From positions 67,445 through 131,444 of the forward strand of contig JACRNV010000028.1 in NCBI GenBank assembly GCA_016214785.1: a stretch of DNA of 64,000 nucleotides, read 5' to 3'. This document shows positions 1 through 8,608 of the stretch, one piece after another; the stretch's first letter is position 1, and each line of letters starts with the position of its first letter. The notes under the pieces are model-generated. The model saw only the letters and a list, made by a program, of their open reading frames with translations. It was not told where the DNA came from and made no database searches. Made by a program: the position numbers and the translations under genes. This DNA comes from Methanobacteriota archaeon (GTDB lineage: Archaea; Thermoplasmatota; Thermoplasmata; SG8-5; JACRNV01).

Positions 1-26
1 CATTCAATATCAGGGGGGAGTACGGC

Positions 27-407
27 ATGGCCATGATCGCAGGGATCACATTCTTCGTGTGGACGGGCTTCCTTATGGCGACCCTCGTCGGTTGGCGCCT
101 TAAAAAGAGATACGCATTCCGGATTGGCAACCTGGGGATGGTCACGGGGGCCGGGGTCCTTACGACCCTCATCTTCGACCTCTGGACAGACATCGGCGTC
201 TGGTGGTTCTCGTATCCGGCGCACACCCTGGACGATGCCATCAGGGTTCTCCAGCTACAGACCACCTTCACCCTGATACACATAGCCAGCTCTTTGATAT
301 TCATCCCCCTCTTCGGCAGCGGCTACATGCTCCTGACGGAGCACAAGACGGGAATCACGTCCCCCAAACCGGTCGACGAGGCCGGTCGGCACTCAGGCCG
401 GGCATGA
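27..407 (+). CDS. small integral membrane protein (hypothetical)
   Basis: 126-aa ORF with 3-4 hydrophobic helices (FFVWTGFLMATLVGW, VLTTLIFDLW, IASSLIFIPLFG); no recognisable catalytic motif. Confidence 0.4.
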   Translation: MAMIAGITFFVWTGFLMATLVGWRLKKRYAFRIGNLGMVTGAGVLTTLIFDLWTDIGVWWFSYPAHTLDDAIRVLQLQTTFTLIHIASSLIFIPLFGSGYMLLTEHKTGITSPKPVDEAGRHSGRA

Positions 408-494
408 TATCCATTCCGCCGCCTGCGGTTCAGGCGCATCCCCTCCCAGAAAACAATATTAGAGTAGAAGCCTATGCACGGGCGGTGCGCGGCA

Positions 495-1598
495 ATGGCT
501 GACCCACGGATTGAACGACTGGCAAGGCTCGCGGTGAGATACTCGGTGAACACGAAGAAAGGGGACGAGGTCATGATCGTCACCGGAATCGAGGGCGCGC
601 CCCTCGTGCGCGAGCTGTACCGCGAGGCGCTCGATGTGGGGGCATACCCGATGGTGATGGCCGGTTTCGACTTCACGAACGACCTCTTCTTCAAGCACGC
701 GAGCGACGACCAGCTCCAGCACGTCTCCCCGTTCCGCAAGTTCATGTACGAGAAGGTCGACGCGCTAATCTCGGTCGCAATGGACACAAATACCAGGAGC
801 ATGTCCAATGTGGCGCCCGAGCGAATGAGGCAGATGTCCGTCTCCAGGACGGAGATAATGAAGATATTCAACGAGCGCACCGAGAAGCGCGAGCTGAACT
901 GGGTCGCCGTCCCGTTCCCGTGCAACGCCTACGCCCAGGAGGGGAACATGTCCCTCATCGACTACGAGGACTTCGTATACTCCTCCTGCCTGGCCGACAA
1001 GCCCGACCCGATCAAGGAATGGCAGAAGGTGGCCAAGCTCCAGGAGAAGATAATCGCGAGCCTCAAGGGGGTCTCGGAATTGCGCTTCCTCGGGCAGGAC
1101 ACGGACATCGCCATGCGCATCGAGGGCCGAAGGTGGGAGAACTGCAAGGGGGAGAAGAACCTGCCCGACGGCGAGGTATTCACCGCGCCCATCGAGGACT
1201 CGGTCAACGGCGAGATACGCTTCACCTACCCGGGCATATTCATGGGGCGCGAGATAGAGGACATCAGGCTCACGTTCCGCAAGGGGAAAGTCGTGAAGGC
1301 CCAGGCCGCCAAGGGCGAGGAGCTGCTGCGGGAGCTGCTCAAGGCCGACCCGGGCGCGTGCAGGCTCGGCGAGGTCGCCATAGGCACGAACCCGGGCATC
1401 ACGCGCTTCACCAAGAACATGCTCTTCGACGAGAAGATGGGCGGCACCATCCACATGGCGCTGGGCAACGGATATCCGGAGACGGGCGCGAAGAACTTCT
1501 CGGTCATCCACTGGGACATCCTCAAGGACATGAAGAGGAACGGGCGCATCTATGCTGACGGGGATTTGATATACGAGAACGGCAAATTCACCGGTTGA
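495..1598 (+). CDS. ampS: M29 family aminopeptidase (AmpS / aminopeptidase T-like thermophilic metalloprotease)
   Basis: Full-length 367-aa ORF; family-typical blocks LGEVAIGTNPG and TIHMALGNG, overall M29 architecture; alternative start at 474. Confidence 0.8.
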   Translation: MADPRIERLARLAVRYSVNTKKGDEVMIVTGIEGAPLVRELYREALDVGAYPMVMAGFDFTNDLFFKHASDDQLQHVSPFRKFMYEKVDALISVAMDTNTRSMSNVAPERMRQMSVSRTEIMKIFNERTEKRELNWVAVPFPCNAYAQEGNMSLIDYEDFVYSSCLADKPDPIKEWQKVAKLQEKIIASLKGVSELRFLGQDTDIAMRIEGRRWENCKGEKNLPDGEVFTAPIEDSVNGEIRFTYPGIFMGREIEDIRLTFRKGKVVKAQAAKGEELLRELLKADPGACRLGEVAIGTNPGITRFTKNMLFDEKMGGTIHMALGNGYPETGAKNFSVIHWDILKDMKRNGRIYADGDLIYENGKFTG

Positions 1599-1602
1599 GC
1601 AA

Positions 1603-2061
1603 ATGCGCCGCAAGGATAAGGAAATCACCGATCGTTCCGAGATGGAGGCCATCCTGCGCAAGGCCCAGGTCTGCCGAATCGCGCTCTCCGACGGCGGCGA
1701 GCCCTACATCGTTCCCGTGAACTTTGGCTTCGAGGGCGACGCCATCTTCTTCCACTGCGCCACCGAGGGCCGGAAGCTCGACATCATCCGCAAGAACCCG
1801 AAGGTATGCTTCGAGGTTGACGCGGACGTCGAGCTGGACAGCGCCGGCAAGGCGTGCGACTGGACGTTCAGGTACAGGAGCGTCATCGGCGTCGGGAGGG
1901 CTAGCATCATCGAAGATGATGAGGCGAAACGGAAGGCGCTGAAGGTCATCCTCAACCACTATCGCGAAGGCGAGTACGAAATCCCGGACGCGAAGCTGAA
2001 GAGCGTCCTCGTCGTCCGAATAGGCATAGGATCGATGACCGGCAAGAAATCGGGATACTGA
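1603..2061 (+). CDS. pyridoxamine 5'-phosphate oxidase-like FMN-binding split-barrel protein (NimA-like)
   Basis: 152 aa; pattern RIALSDGGEPYIVPVNFGFEGDAIFFHCA typical of PNPOx/Nim split-barrel family. Confidence 0.6.
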   Translation: MRRKDKEITDRSEMEAILRKAQVCRIALSDGGEPYIVPVNFGFEGDAIFFHCATEGRKLDIIRKNPKVCFEVDADVELDSAGKACDWTFRYRSVIGVGRASIIEDDEAKRKALKVILNHYREGEYEIPDAKLKSVLVVRIGIGSMTGKKSGY

Positions 2062-2168
2062 CCGAAAGCGCCTGAAATGCATCCATTATGTTCTTGTCAG
2101 AGTATTCGCCCCTCGACATACCGTAATGCAAACTATAATTATTGTGTTTCCAATAAGGCTCCGAGCGC

Positions 2169-3035
2169 ATGAACCAATACGACATCCAGGCAAGGCTTTC
2201 CAGGATAAAGTACAGCATCGCCATTTGGATAGCCATAGTCTTCGCCGTCGACCTCCTGCTCGGCATGTGGGCCATAGTCTGGGCCAGCGACAACGAGTGG
2301 CTCATGTACGGCGCGACCGTGGCCGCGGGCATAATCACGCTGATAGTCCCCTACCTCTTCGGCGAGAAGCGCATCAAGGTCTACGTCCTCGCGGGGCTCG
2401 TCGTCTTCATGGTCATCGGCATGATAGTCGGCGCCGCCCTGCTCGCTCGTATCTACTCAGGGGACGTCGCCAACATCGAGGATGAGACGGGCCACCTCTT
2501 CAACGGTATCGTCACGCCTTATTATGGCGATTCTGATTACAACTTCACATTCATAGTGTTCTACAACGGAACTAACCCGCCTCCATCCATCAATCTCACA
2601 CTCGCGGACCAATCGGGCTTCGCCACAAATGCTTTCATCCTGGAAGTGCCATTCGAGCCGAGCAGGATGCGTTACGAGCTATCTTATAGTCCGCCACCGG
2701 GCATCTACAAGCACTATTTCTGGTACAATGAGTCTGGCAACGGCAGCCAGCACCTCTTCTTCACCGGGGGCTGGGGGCCGATAAACTCGCCGTACAACAA
2801 CAACCTAGGCACTTACATGGCCAAGGGCATAGTGCAGTTCATCACGTCGGACCTGATGCTCTTCCTCATCGGCGTGCTGCTCTACTGGTGGCTGCGGAAG
2901 GGAAAGCAGATGCGCTCCGAGTGGGCCGCCTCCGCTTCCGTGGGGAGCTTCAAGTGCAGCTCGTGCGGCGCGACCGTTTCCCAGGACTCCCATTTCTGCC
3001 CCAAGTGCGGGGAGAAGTTCGAGGGCGGGGGATGA
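2169..3035 (+). CDS. polytopic membrane protein with extracytoplasmic domain and C-terminal zinc ribbon
   Basis: 4 hydrophobic helices, sequon-rich loop (NGTNPPPSINLT, NESGNGS), C-terminal CSSCG...CPKCG ribbon; stop overlaps start of the next gene (ATGA). Confidence 0.5.
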   Translation: MNQYDIQARLSRIKYSIAIWIAIVFAVDLLLGMWAIVWASDNEWLMYGATVAAGIITLIVPYLFGEKRIKVYVLAGLVVFMVIGMIVGAALLARIYSGDVANIEDETGHLFNGIVTPYYGDSDYNFTFIVFYNGTNPPPSINLTLADQSGFATNAFILEVPFEPSRMRYELSYSPPPGIYKHYFWYNESGNGSQHLFFTGGWGPINSPYNNNLGTYMAKGIVQFITSDLMLFLIGVLLYWWLRKGKQMRSEWAASASVGSFKCSSCGATVSQDSHFCPKCGEKFEGGG

Positions 3036-3952
3036 GCGGCGAGAAGGTCCTCAGGGCCTACAACGTCTGGCCATCGTTTCCATCGGTCTCGATCAGCGGG
3101 ACTGCCTGCGCCCTCGCCTGCAAGCACTGCGTGGCCAGGTACCTCGAGCTCATGATCCCGGCGACGACGCCGGAGAACCTCCGCATGCTCGGGGAGAAGT
3201 TCGCGAGGGAGGGGAAGCCCGGCCTCCTGGTATCCGGCGGCTGCGACAAGGCCGGCAGGATGCTGAACATGGAGAAATTCCTCCCTGCGCTCAAGCGCCT
3301 CCACGGCCTCGGGCTCATCATCAAGCTGCACACCGGCCTCGTGGACGAGGGGCTCGCCAGGGGGATTGCTGACGCCGGAGTGGACATAGCATCCATGGAA
3401 TTCGTCGGCGACGCGGGCACTGTGTCCGAGATATTCGGCATCCCGGCCACGCCCGAGGACTACACAGAGACATTTCTCCTGCTCAAGGCCGCCGGCGTCC
3501 CGTTCATCGCCCCGCACGTGGCGGTCGGCCTGCACCACGGCGCTCTGAATGGCGAGAGGCGCGCCCTCTCCATGCTGAGAAAGGTCGTCGAGCCGTCGAC
3601 CATAGCCATCATCGCCTTCCGCCCGACGACGGGCACGGCCATGGAGCGCGACCCTGCGCCCAGGGCCGAAGATGTGAAAGAGGTCGTCGCGCACGCGCGC
3701 TCGCTTTTCCCGGAGACGAAGATAGTGCTCGGCGCGCTCAGGCCGCGCGGCCCGGAACGGTGCGAGAACGCCAGGGCTTACAGGCTGTCGCTGGAGCTGG
3801 CGGCGCTGGACGGCGGGGCGGACGGCATCGAGGTGCCATCGCCAGGCCTGCTGGAGGAGGCCCGGGCGCGCGGCTATCGCATCAAGTGGCTCGAGGCATA
3901 CGGCGTCCTGCCCGTCGAGTACGAGGGCAGGGTGGCGGCGCGCTGGGCGTGA
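3032..3952 (+). CDS. radical SAM domain protein
   Basis: CxxxCxxC motif (CALACKHC) near N-terminus, glycine-rich SAM-binding stretch (GLLVSGGC); translationally coupled to the upstream membrane/zinc-ribbon gene. Confidence 0.6.
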   Translation: MSGEKVLRAYNVWPSFPSVSISGTACALACKHCVARYLELMIPATTPENLRMLGEKFAREGKPGLLVSGGCDKAGRMLNMEKFLPALKRLHGLGLIIKLHTGLVDEGLARGIADAGVDIASMEFVGDAGTVSEIFGIPATPEDYTETFLLLKAAGVPFIAPHVAVGLHHGALNGERRALSMLRKVVEPSTIAIIAFRPTTGTAMERDPAPRAEDVKEVVAHARSLFPETKIVLGALRPRGPERCENARAYRLSLELAALDGGADGIEVPSPGLLEEARARGYRIKWLEAYGVLPVEYEGRVAARWA

Positions 3953-4009
3953 TGAAATGAGAAGGCATATATATCGAATGCCCACTACCCGATTGTCAAG
4001 GGTGGCGCG

Positions 4010-6430
4010 ATGAAAATCCCGGGTGGAAAGATTGTGGGCACGGCGTTTGGCGGGAGCGGCGCTCTCGAGGAGATGCTAGGGCAGGGCTCGGGCGAGCGCA
4101 TCGACGGCTTCGTGAGGACGTCGCTCGCGAGCGGTAAGGGCTATTCCGTCGGCATCGTTGTTCTGCGCGAGGGCGCGCCATCGCTCGCGTCCTACGTGGC
4201 GGAGGGCGTCGAAGTTCTTGGAGAGAAAGCCCTTGGCCGCATCCTTTACGACGCCATGGACGAGAACTGCGTCCTCGAGATCCACACATACGGCTACAAA
4301 TCGTCGAGCACGAGCGTGCAGCACATCGTAGAGTCGTTCCCCGACGCGGCGCTGCCGCGCGAGCTGGACATGGACGCCCTCGCAAAGAATGCCATCACCG
4401 AGAGGAGGACTACAGTCGAGCAGACCCGCAGGAGGCGCGACGCCGAGCGCACGAGCCTCTCTTTCCTGTCGTCCAAGGAGCGCGAGCTCGGCGAGGAACG
4501 CGCGCTGCTGGACGAGGAGCGCAGGGCGTCGGCTGAGACCGAGGACGCGATATCGAGGCTCAGGAAGGAGCTCGAGACCGTGCGCACCGGGAGCATGACA
4601 TTGCTGAAGCACCTGACGGAGAAGGGGAGCGGCCTCACCGAGTCGGACGTGCTGTCGCTGGCCGACCGCAGGGTGGAGGAGATGCGCCTCGACGCAAAGC
4701 GCGAGGAGGCCGAGCGCAGGGAGCGCGTCCTGAAGGCCCAGGAGGAGACCATCCGCGCCCTCGAGGAGAAGCTGCGCGAGAAGGAAGCGGCGCTCAAGGG
4801 CTACGAGGCCGACGTCAGGCACGAGATGGATGCCCTGTCGAAGGAGCGCGGCGACCTGGAGGAGCTCTGGCGCGAGATGTCGTCCGAGACTGAGAAGCGC
4901 AAGGGCGCGGAGCAGGACCTGAAGAAGCGCCTGGACGACTACCTTGGCAAGGAGCGCGCCCTCCTGAAGCGCGAGGAGGAGCTTACAGCCTACGAGTCAA
5001 AATTGGAAAACGAGAAGGCGAAAATTAGGGAGCGCGAGAAGGAGCTGGACGCGCTCGGCAAGAAGCTCGCCGAAGACCAGAGGCAGCTCTCGGCGCGCAC
5101 CGATTCCATCGCCGCGTCGGAGAAGGAGGCAAAGGCCCGCTCGACGCAGCTCACGACGTTCGAGAACCAGCTCGAGCGCGAGGCCGAGAAGGTCGAGAAG
5201 GCCCAAAAGGACCTGGAGGCCAAGACCTCGCGCATGAAGGCCGCCGAGGCAAAGCTCGCCGAGGAGCGCGAGGCGCTAGAGGCCGAGAGCGCGACGCTGG
5301 ACGAGTGCGCGGAGGAGATTGGGAAGCGCGAGGAAGCCCTTGCCAAACAGGAGAGTTCGTTATCCGAGTTGAAAGATGCTATTAGCGCCGAGAAGGAAGC
5401 CATGAAGGCGATGAAGAAGAAGGCCGAGAAGCAGTCCGGGGAGCTCGATGCCGAGCGCAAGCGCTTCAACGCCGAGTCCTCGAAGCTCGAGAAGGACGAG
5501 GCGGCGCTCAACGACCTCCGGGCGGAATTCCGCAGGACCGAGCGCGAGCTGAAGCAGGCGGAGCGGGCGCTAGGCAGCAAGGAGGCGCAGCTCGCAAGCG
5601 AGATGTCCGAGCTGGCGAAGCTCAGGGACGATATGAAGCTCAAGTCCGATTTACTTGCCGAGCGCGAGTCAGAGGCGGACGCGCGCGCCGAGAAGCTCGC
5701 CGCGGAAGAAAAGAAATTTGAAGCCGAGTCCGCGAGGGCGCGCGCGGCGCTCGATAAGGCTAACGACAAGGCAGAGGCCGAGCGCAAGGCCATCGCCGAG
5801 AAGGAGGACGAGCTAACGGAGCGCGGGGAAGAGATGGACGCCTGGCACACCGCGCTGTCGGAGCAGGCCAAGGCTCTTGCGGCGCGTGAGAAGGAAGTTG
5901 TGGCCAGGGAAGCAGCGGCGAAGGAGCGCGAGGAGGCGCTCGACGAGCAGGAGGAGAAGCTGAAGGCCGCCATCGTTCAGGCCGAGGAGATGCGCGCGAA
6001 GATGGAGGGCGACCTCGCAGAGACCGAGGAGGAATTGGCCAGGCGCGAGAAGGCCCTGCGCGAGCAGGAGAAGAAGGCCAAGGCCGAGGCAAAGAAGCTC
6101 GGCGCACAAGGCGAAAAATTAAGCGAGCGCGAGACCGAGCTGAAGAAGGCCATCGCCGGCATGATGGCCGAGCGCGAGGAGATCGACGAGCGCCAGCAGG
6201 ACCTGGAGGAGCGCGAGGAGAAGGCCGGAAAGCGCGAGAAGGCCTTAGAGTCGCGCGAGGCGCACCTCGACCGAAAGGAGAAGGAGATCCGGAAGGAGAT
6301 CGAGGAGGGGCTGAAGGAGCGCGCGGCGGAGATCGACGAGCGCGAGGCCGCCGTGAAGGCCAAGGAAGACGCCTACAAGCGCAGGGAGGACACGCTGGCC
6401 AGGCTGCGCGAGGGATTGAAGGGGATGTAA
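4010..6430 (+). CDS. giant coiled-coil protein (about 120-aa N-terminal globular domain plus about 680 aa of E/K/R/A-rich heptad repeats)
   Basis: 806-aa ORF; N-terminal domain MKIPGGKIVGTAFGGSG...; remainder is uninterrupted charged heptad-like repeats (KERALLKREEEL..., REKELDALGKKL...); paralog at 49909-51105. Confidence 0.7.
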   Translation: MKIPGGKIVGTAFGGSGALEEMLGQGSGERIDGFVRTSLASGKGYSVGIVVLREGAPSLASYVAEGVEVLGEKALGRILYDAMDENCVLEIHTYGYKSSSTSVQHIVESFPDAALPRELDMDALAKNAITERRTTVEQTRRRRDAERTSLSFLSSKERELGEERALLDEERRASAETEDAISRLRKELETVRTGSMTLLKHLTEKGSGLTESDVLSLADRRVEEMRLDAKREEAERRERVLKAQEETIRALEEKLREKEAALKGYEADVRHEMDALSKERGDLEELWREMSSETEKRKGAEQDLKKRLDDYLGKERALLKREEELTAYESKLENEKAKIREREKELDALGKKLAEDQRQLSARTDSIAASEKEAKARSTQLTTFENQLEREAEKVEKAQKDLEAKTSRMKAAEAKLAEEREALEAESATLDECAEEIGKREEALAKQESSLSELKDAISAEKEAMKAMKKKAEKQSGELDAERKRFNAESSKLEKDEAALNDLRAEFRRTERELKQAERALGSKEAQLASEMSELAKLRDDMKLKSDLLAERESEADARAEKLAAEEKKFEAESARARAALDKANDKAEAERKAIAEKEDELTERGEEMDAWHTALSEQAKALAAREKEVVAREAAAKEREEALDEQEEKLKAAIVQAEEMRAKMEGDLAETEEELARREKALREQEKKAKAEAKKLGAQGEKLSERETELKKAIAGMMAEREEIDERQQDLEEREEKAGKREKALESREAHLDRKEKEIRKEIEEGLKERAAEIDEREAAVKAKEDAYKRREDTLARLREGLKGM

Positions 6431-6437
6431 GCGCGGA

Positions 6438-6446
6438 TTTTTTTTT
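6438..6446 (+). terminator. oligo-T tract (archaeal-type terminator) after the coiled-coil gene
   Basis: Run of 9 T directly after the stop at 6430. Confidence 0.4.
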
Positions 6447-6484
6447 AGTAATGTCTAATTGAGGCAAATGATAATGAATTCGCC

Positions 6485-6530
6485 TTAATATATATCGGAT
6501 TGGTAAACTATAGATAGGTTTTTAAGGTGA
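6485..6530 (+). promoter_or_regulatory. AT-rich putative TATA/BRE region upstream of the surface-protein gene
   Basis: TTAATATATAT and TTTTTAAGG elements in an AT-rich spacer 30-70 nt upstream of the ATG at 6558. Confidence 0.3.
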
Positions 6531-6557
6531 TAATTTGTATCTGTTGATAGGGAAAAC

Positions 6558-7994
6558 ATGTCGCAATACTGTGGGCGGGTTGCGAAGCTGTGTCTCTCGA
6601 TATCGATCGTAGCGATGCTGGCCGTCCCTCTGGGCATTGCCAGCACAGTCCCGGACCAGACAATCCCTCTGGCAGACGAAACGAATCCGGGGATTGACGC
6701 CAGGATCCAGCCATGGACGATATGGGGCTACTCGTACCTTGATGGTGTGCTGGTTACGCCGGGCTGGTCCATCCTCACCGTTGTCAACGATACCATTTGG
6801 GGGAGTAGCAATGTCTTGGCCGGCGGTCTCTACTCCAGCGAAACCTTAGGCGATGATACATCGACATGGTGGGTCAGGGACGGTGCGTTCAACGGCGACA
6901 CGGTCTATTACCTCCTCAAGGTAGACAACGAGACATGGTACTGCGCGAACGAAACATGCGTATACAGCGCCGGCGGCATATCAAACATAAACCTTCACTT
7001 CATAACGCCGAGGGCGCCGCGCGAGCTGAAGATATCGAGCCTCACTCCCAACCCAACGTCCGGTAATGACACGATAACCCTCTTCAACCCATCTAATGAT
7101 ACGATATCGCTCGATAACTGGTTTCTCAGGGACCGCGACAATTGGACAATACCCTTGACGGGAATGACCATCGGCGCGTGGTCGGAAAGACCCGTCGACC
7201 TGGGCGGCGACGTACTAAGCAACGCCACGGAAGGCGGCCCGACCTCCGGCGACGAGATGGCGCTCTGCTGGAAGGACCCTCTCGGAACCATAAGCGGAGG
7301 CAACTGGGTCGCGATGGACCAGGTCGAATACGGCAACCAGTACAATTTCTACGACAACACGACGCTATGGGACTATGCGACCACTCCGCAGGTCGGATTC
7401 AAGCTGATCCGCTCGCCCGACCTTTACACAGATAGCGAAAACTGCACGAACGACTTCGTGATGGCGGCGGACAGCGCGCCGCTGTCGTCTTGTTTGATAC
7501 CATTGAGTCCGGGATGGAACCTTGTTTCCATCCCACTGGTCCAGCAGAACACGAGCATTGGCAGCGCCCTGTCCAGTGTCTCGGGGAAGTGGGACCGGGC
7601 GCAACGGTACGACGAAAACGATGCAGCGAACCAATGGAAGCAATATTACTCTGGCTGGTCTGCTTCATTGAACGACCTTACGACCCTGGACCACACCGTG
7701 GGCTTTTGGTTGAACGCGACCGAGGCTTGCGTCCTCAACGTTACTGGGGCTGAGCCGTCATCGACCCAGATATCCCTCTGCGCGGGATGGAACCTCATCG
7801 GTTACCCGGCAAGGGACGATAGCGCTTATTCAGTCGCCAATTTGAGGACGGAGACAGGGGCGACGATCGTCGAGGGGTTCGACGCTGGGACGACCTACCG
7901 GACATCCCCAAAGGCCGATTCCTATACATTGAAGAAGGGCGAGGGATACTGGGTGTACGTGCCCTCGGCCACGACGTGGACGGTCAATTGGTGA
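6558..7994 (+). CDS. secreted/cell-surface glycoprotein (signal peptide, many N-x-S/T sequons)
   Basis: N-terminal signal/anchor (CLSISIVAMLAVPLGIAS), more than 15 N-x-S/T sequons, no cytoplasmic motifs. Confidence 0.6.
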   Translation: MSQYCGRVAKLCLSISIVAMLAVPLGIASTVPDQTIPLADETNPGIDARIQPWTIWGYSYLDGVLVTPGWSILTVVNDTIWGSSNVLAGGLYSSETLGDDTSTWWVRDGAFNGDTVYYLLKVDNETWYCANETCVYSAGGISNINLHFITPRAPRELKISSLTPNPTSGNDTITLFNPSNDTISLDNWFLRDRDNWTIPLTGMTIGAWSERPVDLGGDVLSNATEGGPTSGDEMALCWKDPLGTISGGNWVAMDQVEYGNQYNFYDNTTLWDYATTPQVGFKLIRSPDLYTDSENCTNDFVMAADSAPLSSCLIPLSPGWNLVSIPLVQQNTSIGSALSSVSGKWDRAQRYDENDAANQWKQYYSGWSASLNDLTTLDHTVGFWLNATEACVLNVTGAEPSSTQISLCAGWNLIGYPARDDSAYSVANLRTETGATIVEGFDAGTTYRTSPKADSYTLKKGEGYWVYVPSATTWTVNW

Positions 7995-8040
7995 GTGGGG
8001 CTGTCCCATCTCCCTCTGCATATAACTAAAGCGCTTCCAT

Positions 8041-8079
8041 CTCGACGAGTGTGTGCTGAGAAAATGATTGCTCGTCGAG
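8041..8079 (+). terminator. perfect 9-bp inverted repeat hairpin (CTCGACGAG-N21-CTCGTCGAG)
   Basis: Stem arms are exact reverse complements; located 46 nt after the stop of the 6558-7994 gene. Confidence 0.4.
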
Positions 8080-8389
8080 GATACGCACCACTTTGATAAC
8101 CTTGCGATTGGTTAGCTGTGTGGTGGTGCTTTCCCTTCTCCCTTAGTTGGGATGCATACTTGCATTATCATAGGAAATGTCCCATCAATAAAGACCGAGC
8201 GAGCCAGGGGCGCCGAGCCTTTTTCCGATACGCTGGACGAGTAAGCTCGTCCGCGCCTTGGTGGCTTTGCCACCTTCGGATACCGCTTTTTCTGCGAGGC
8301 ACTCCCGAAGGCGATGGAATCGCCAAGGCGCAGCCTTTACCTAAAACATAGAGGGCTAGTGCGGCGCAGCGAGGTTAGAAAAAGGGGTA

Positions 8390-8567
8390 TGCGGGAGAAG
8401 GGATTTGAACCCTTGGACCACTAAGGACTAGACCCTCAATCTAGCGCCGTTAGCCTGCGCCCGCAATTGCCTGTAGTCGGCTAACGGCTAAGTCGCGGAC
8501 ATCCGTCCGCTCCTAGCGCCGTTGACCGGCGATGCAGGCGCATTTGACCAGGCTTAGCTACCCCCGC
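8390..8567 (-). tRNA. class II tRNA (probably tRNA-Leu, anticodon GAG) interrupted by about 95-100 nt of intron sequence
   Basis: On the minus strand: acceptor stem GCGGGGG/CTCCCGC with discriminator A, T-arm AAGGG-TTCAAAT-CCCTT, long variable arm, candidate anticodon arm CTAGA-TTGAGGG-TCTAG; the two exon halves are about 100 nt apart; a T5 tract follows the 3' end. Confidence 0.6.
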
Positions 8568-8608
8568 ATGGGCTTGCCATATAACCGCTTCTCATTTATA
8601 AAATCGAC

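Noticed and set aside
4990-6467. Long antisense ORFs (327 aa, 235 aa, 128 aa) rich in S/A/R/P opposite the coiled-coil gene
   Set aside because: Reverse-frame artefacts of a GC-rich, purine-skewed repeat (GAG/AAG/GCG codons read backwards give Ser/Ala/Arg/Pro strings). The sense ORF has a coherent coiled-coil register and an N-terminal domain.
8118-8351. 77-aa ORF in the tRNA-proximal intergenic region
   Set aside because: Lies in a hairpin-rich, apparently non-coding interval and has no start context or codon-usage support. Treated as a possible ncRNA region instead.
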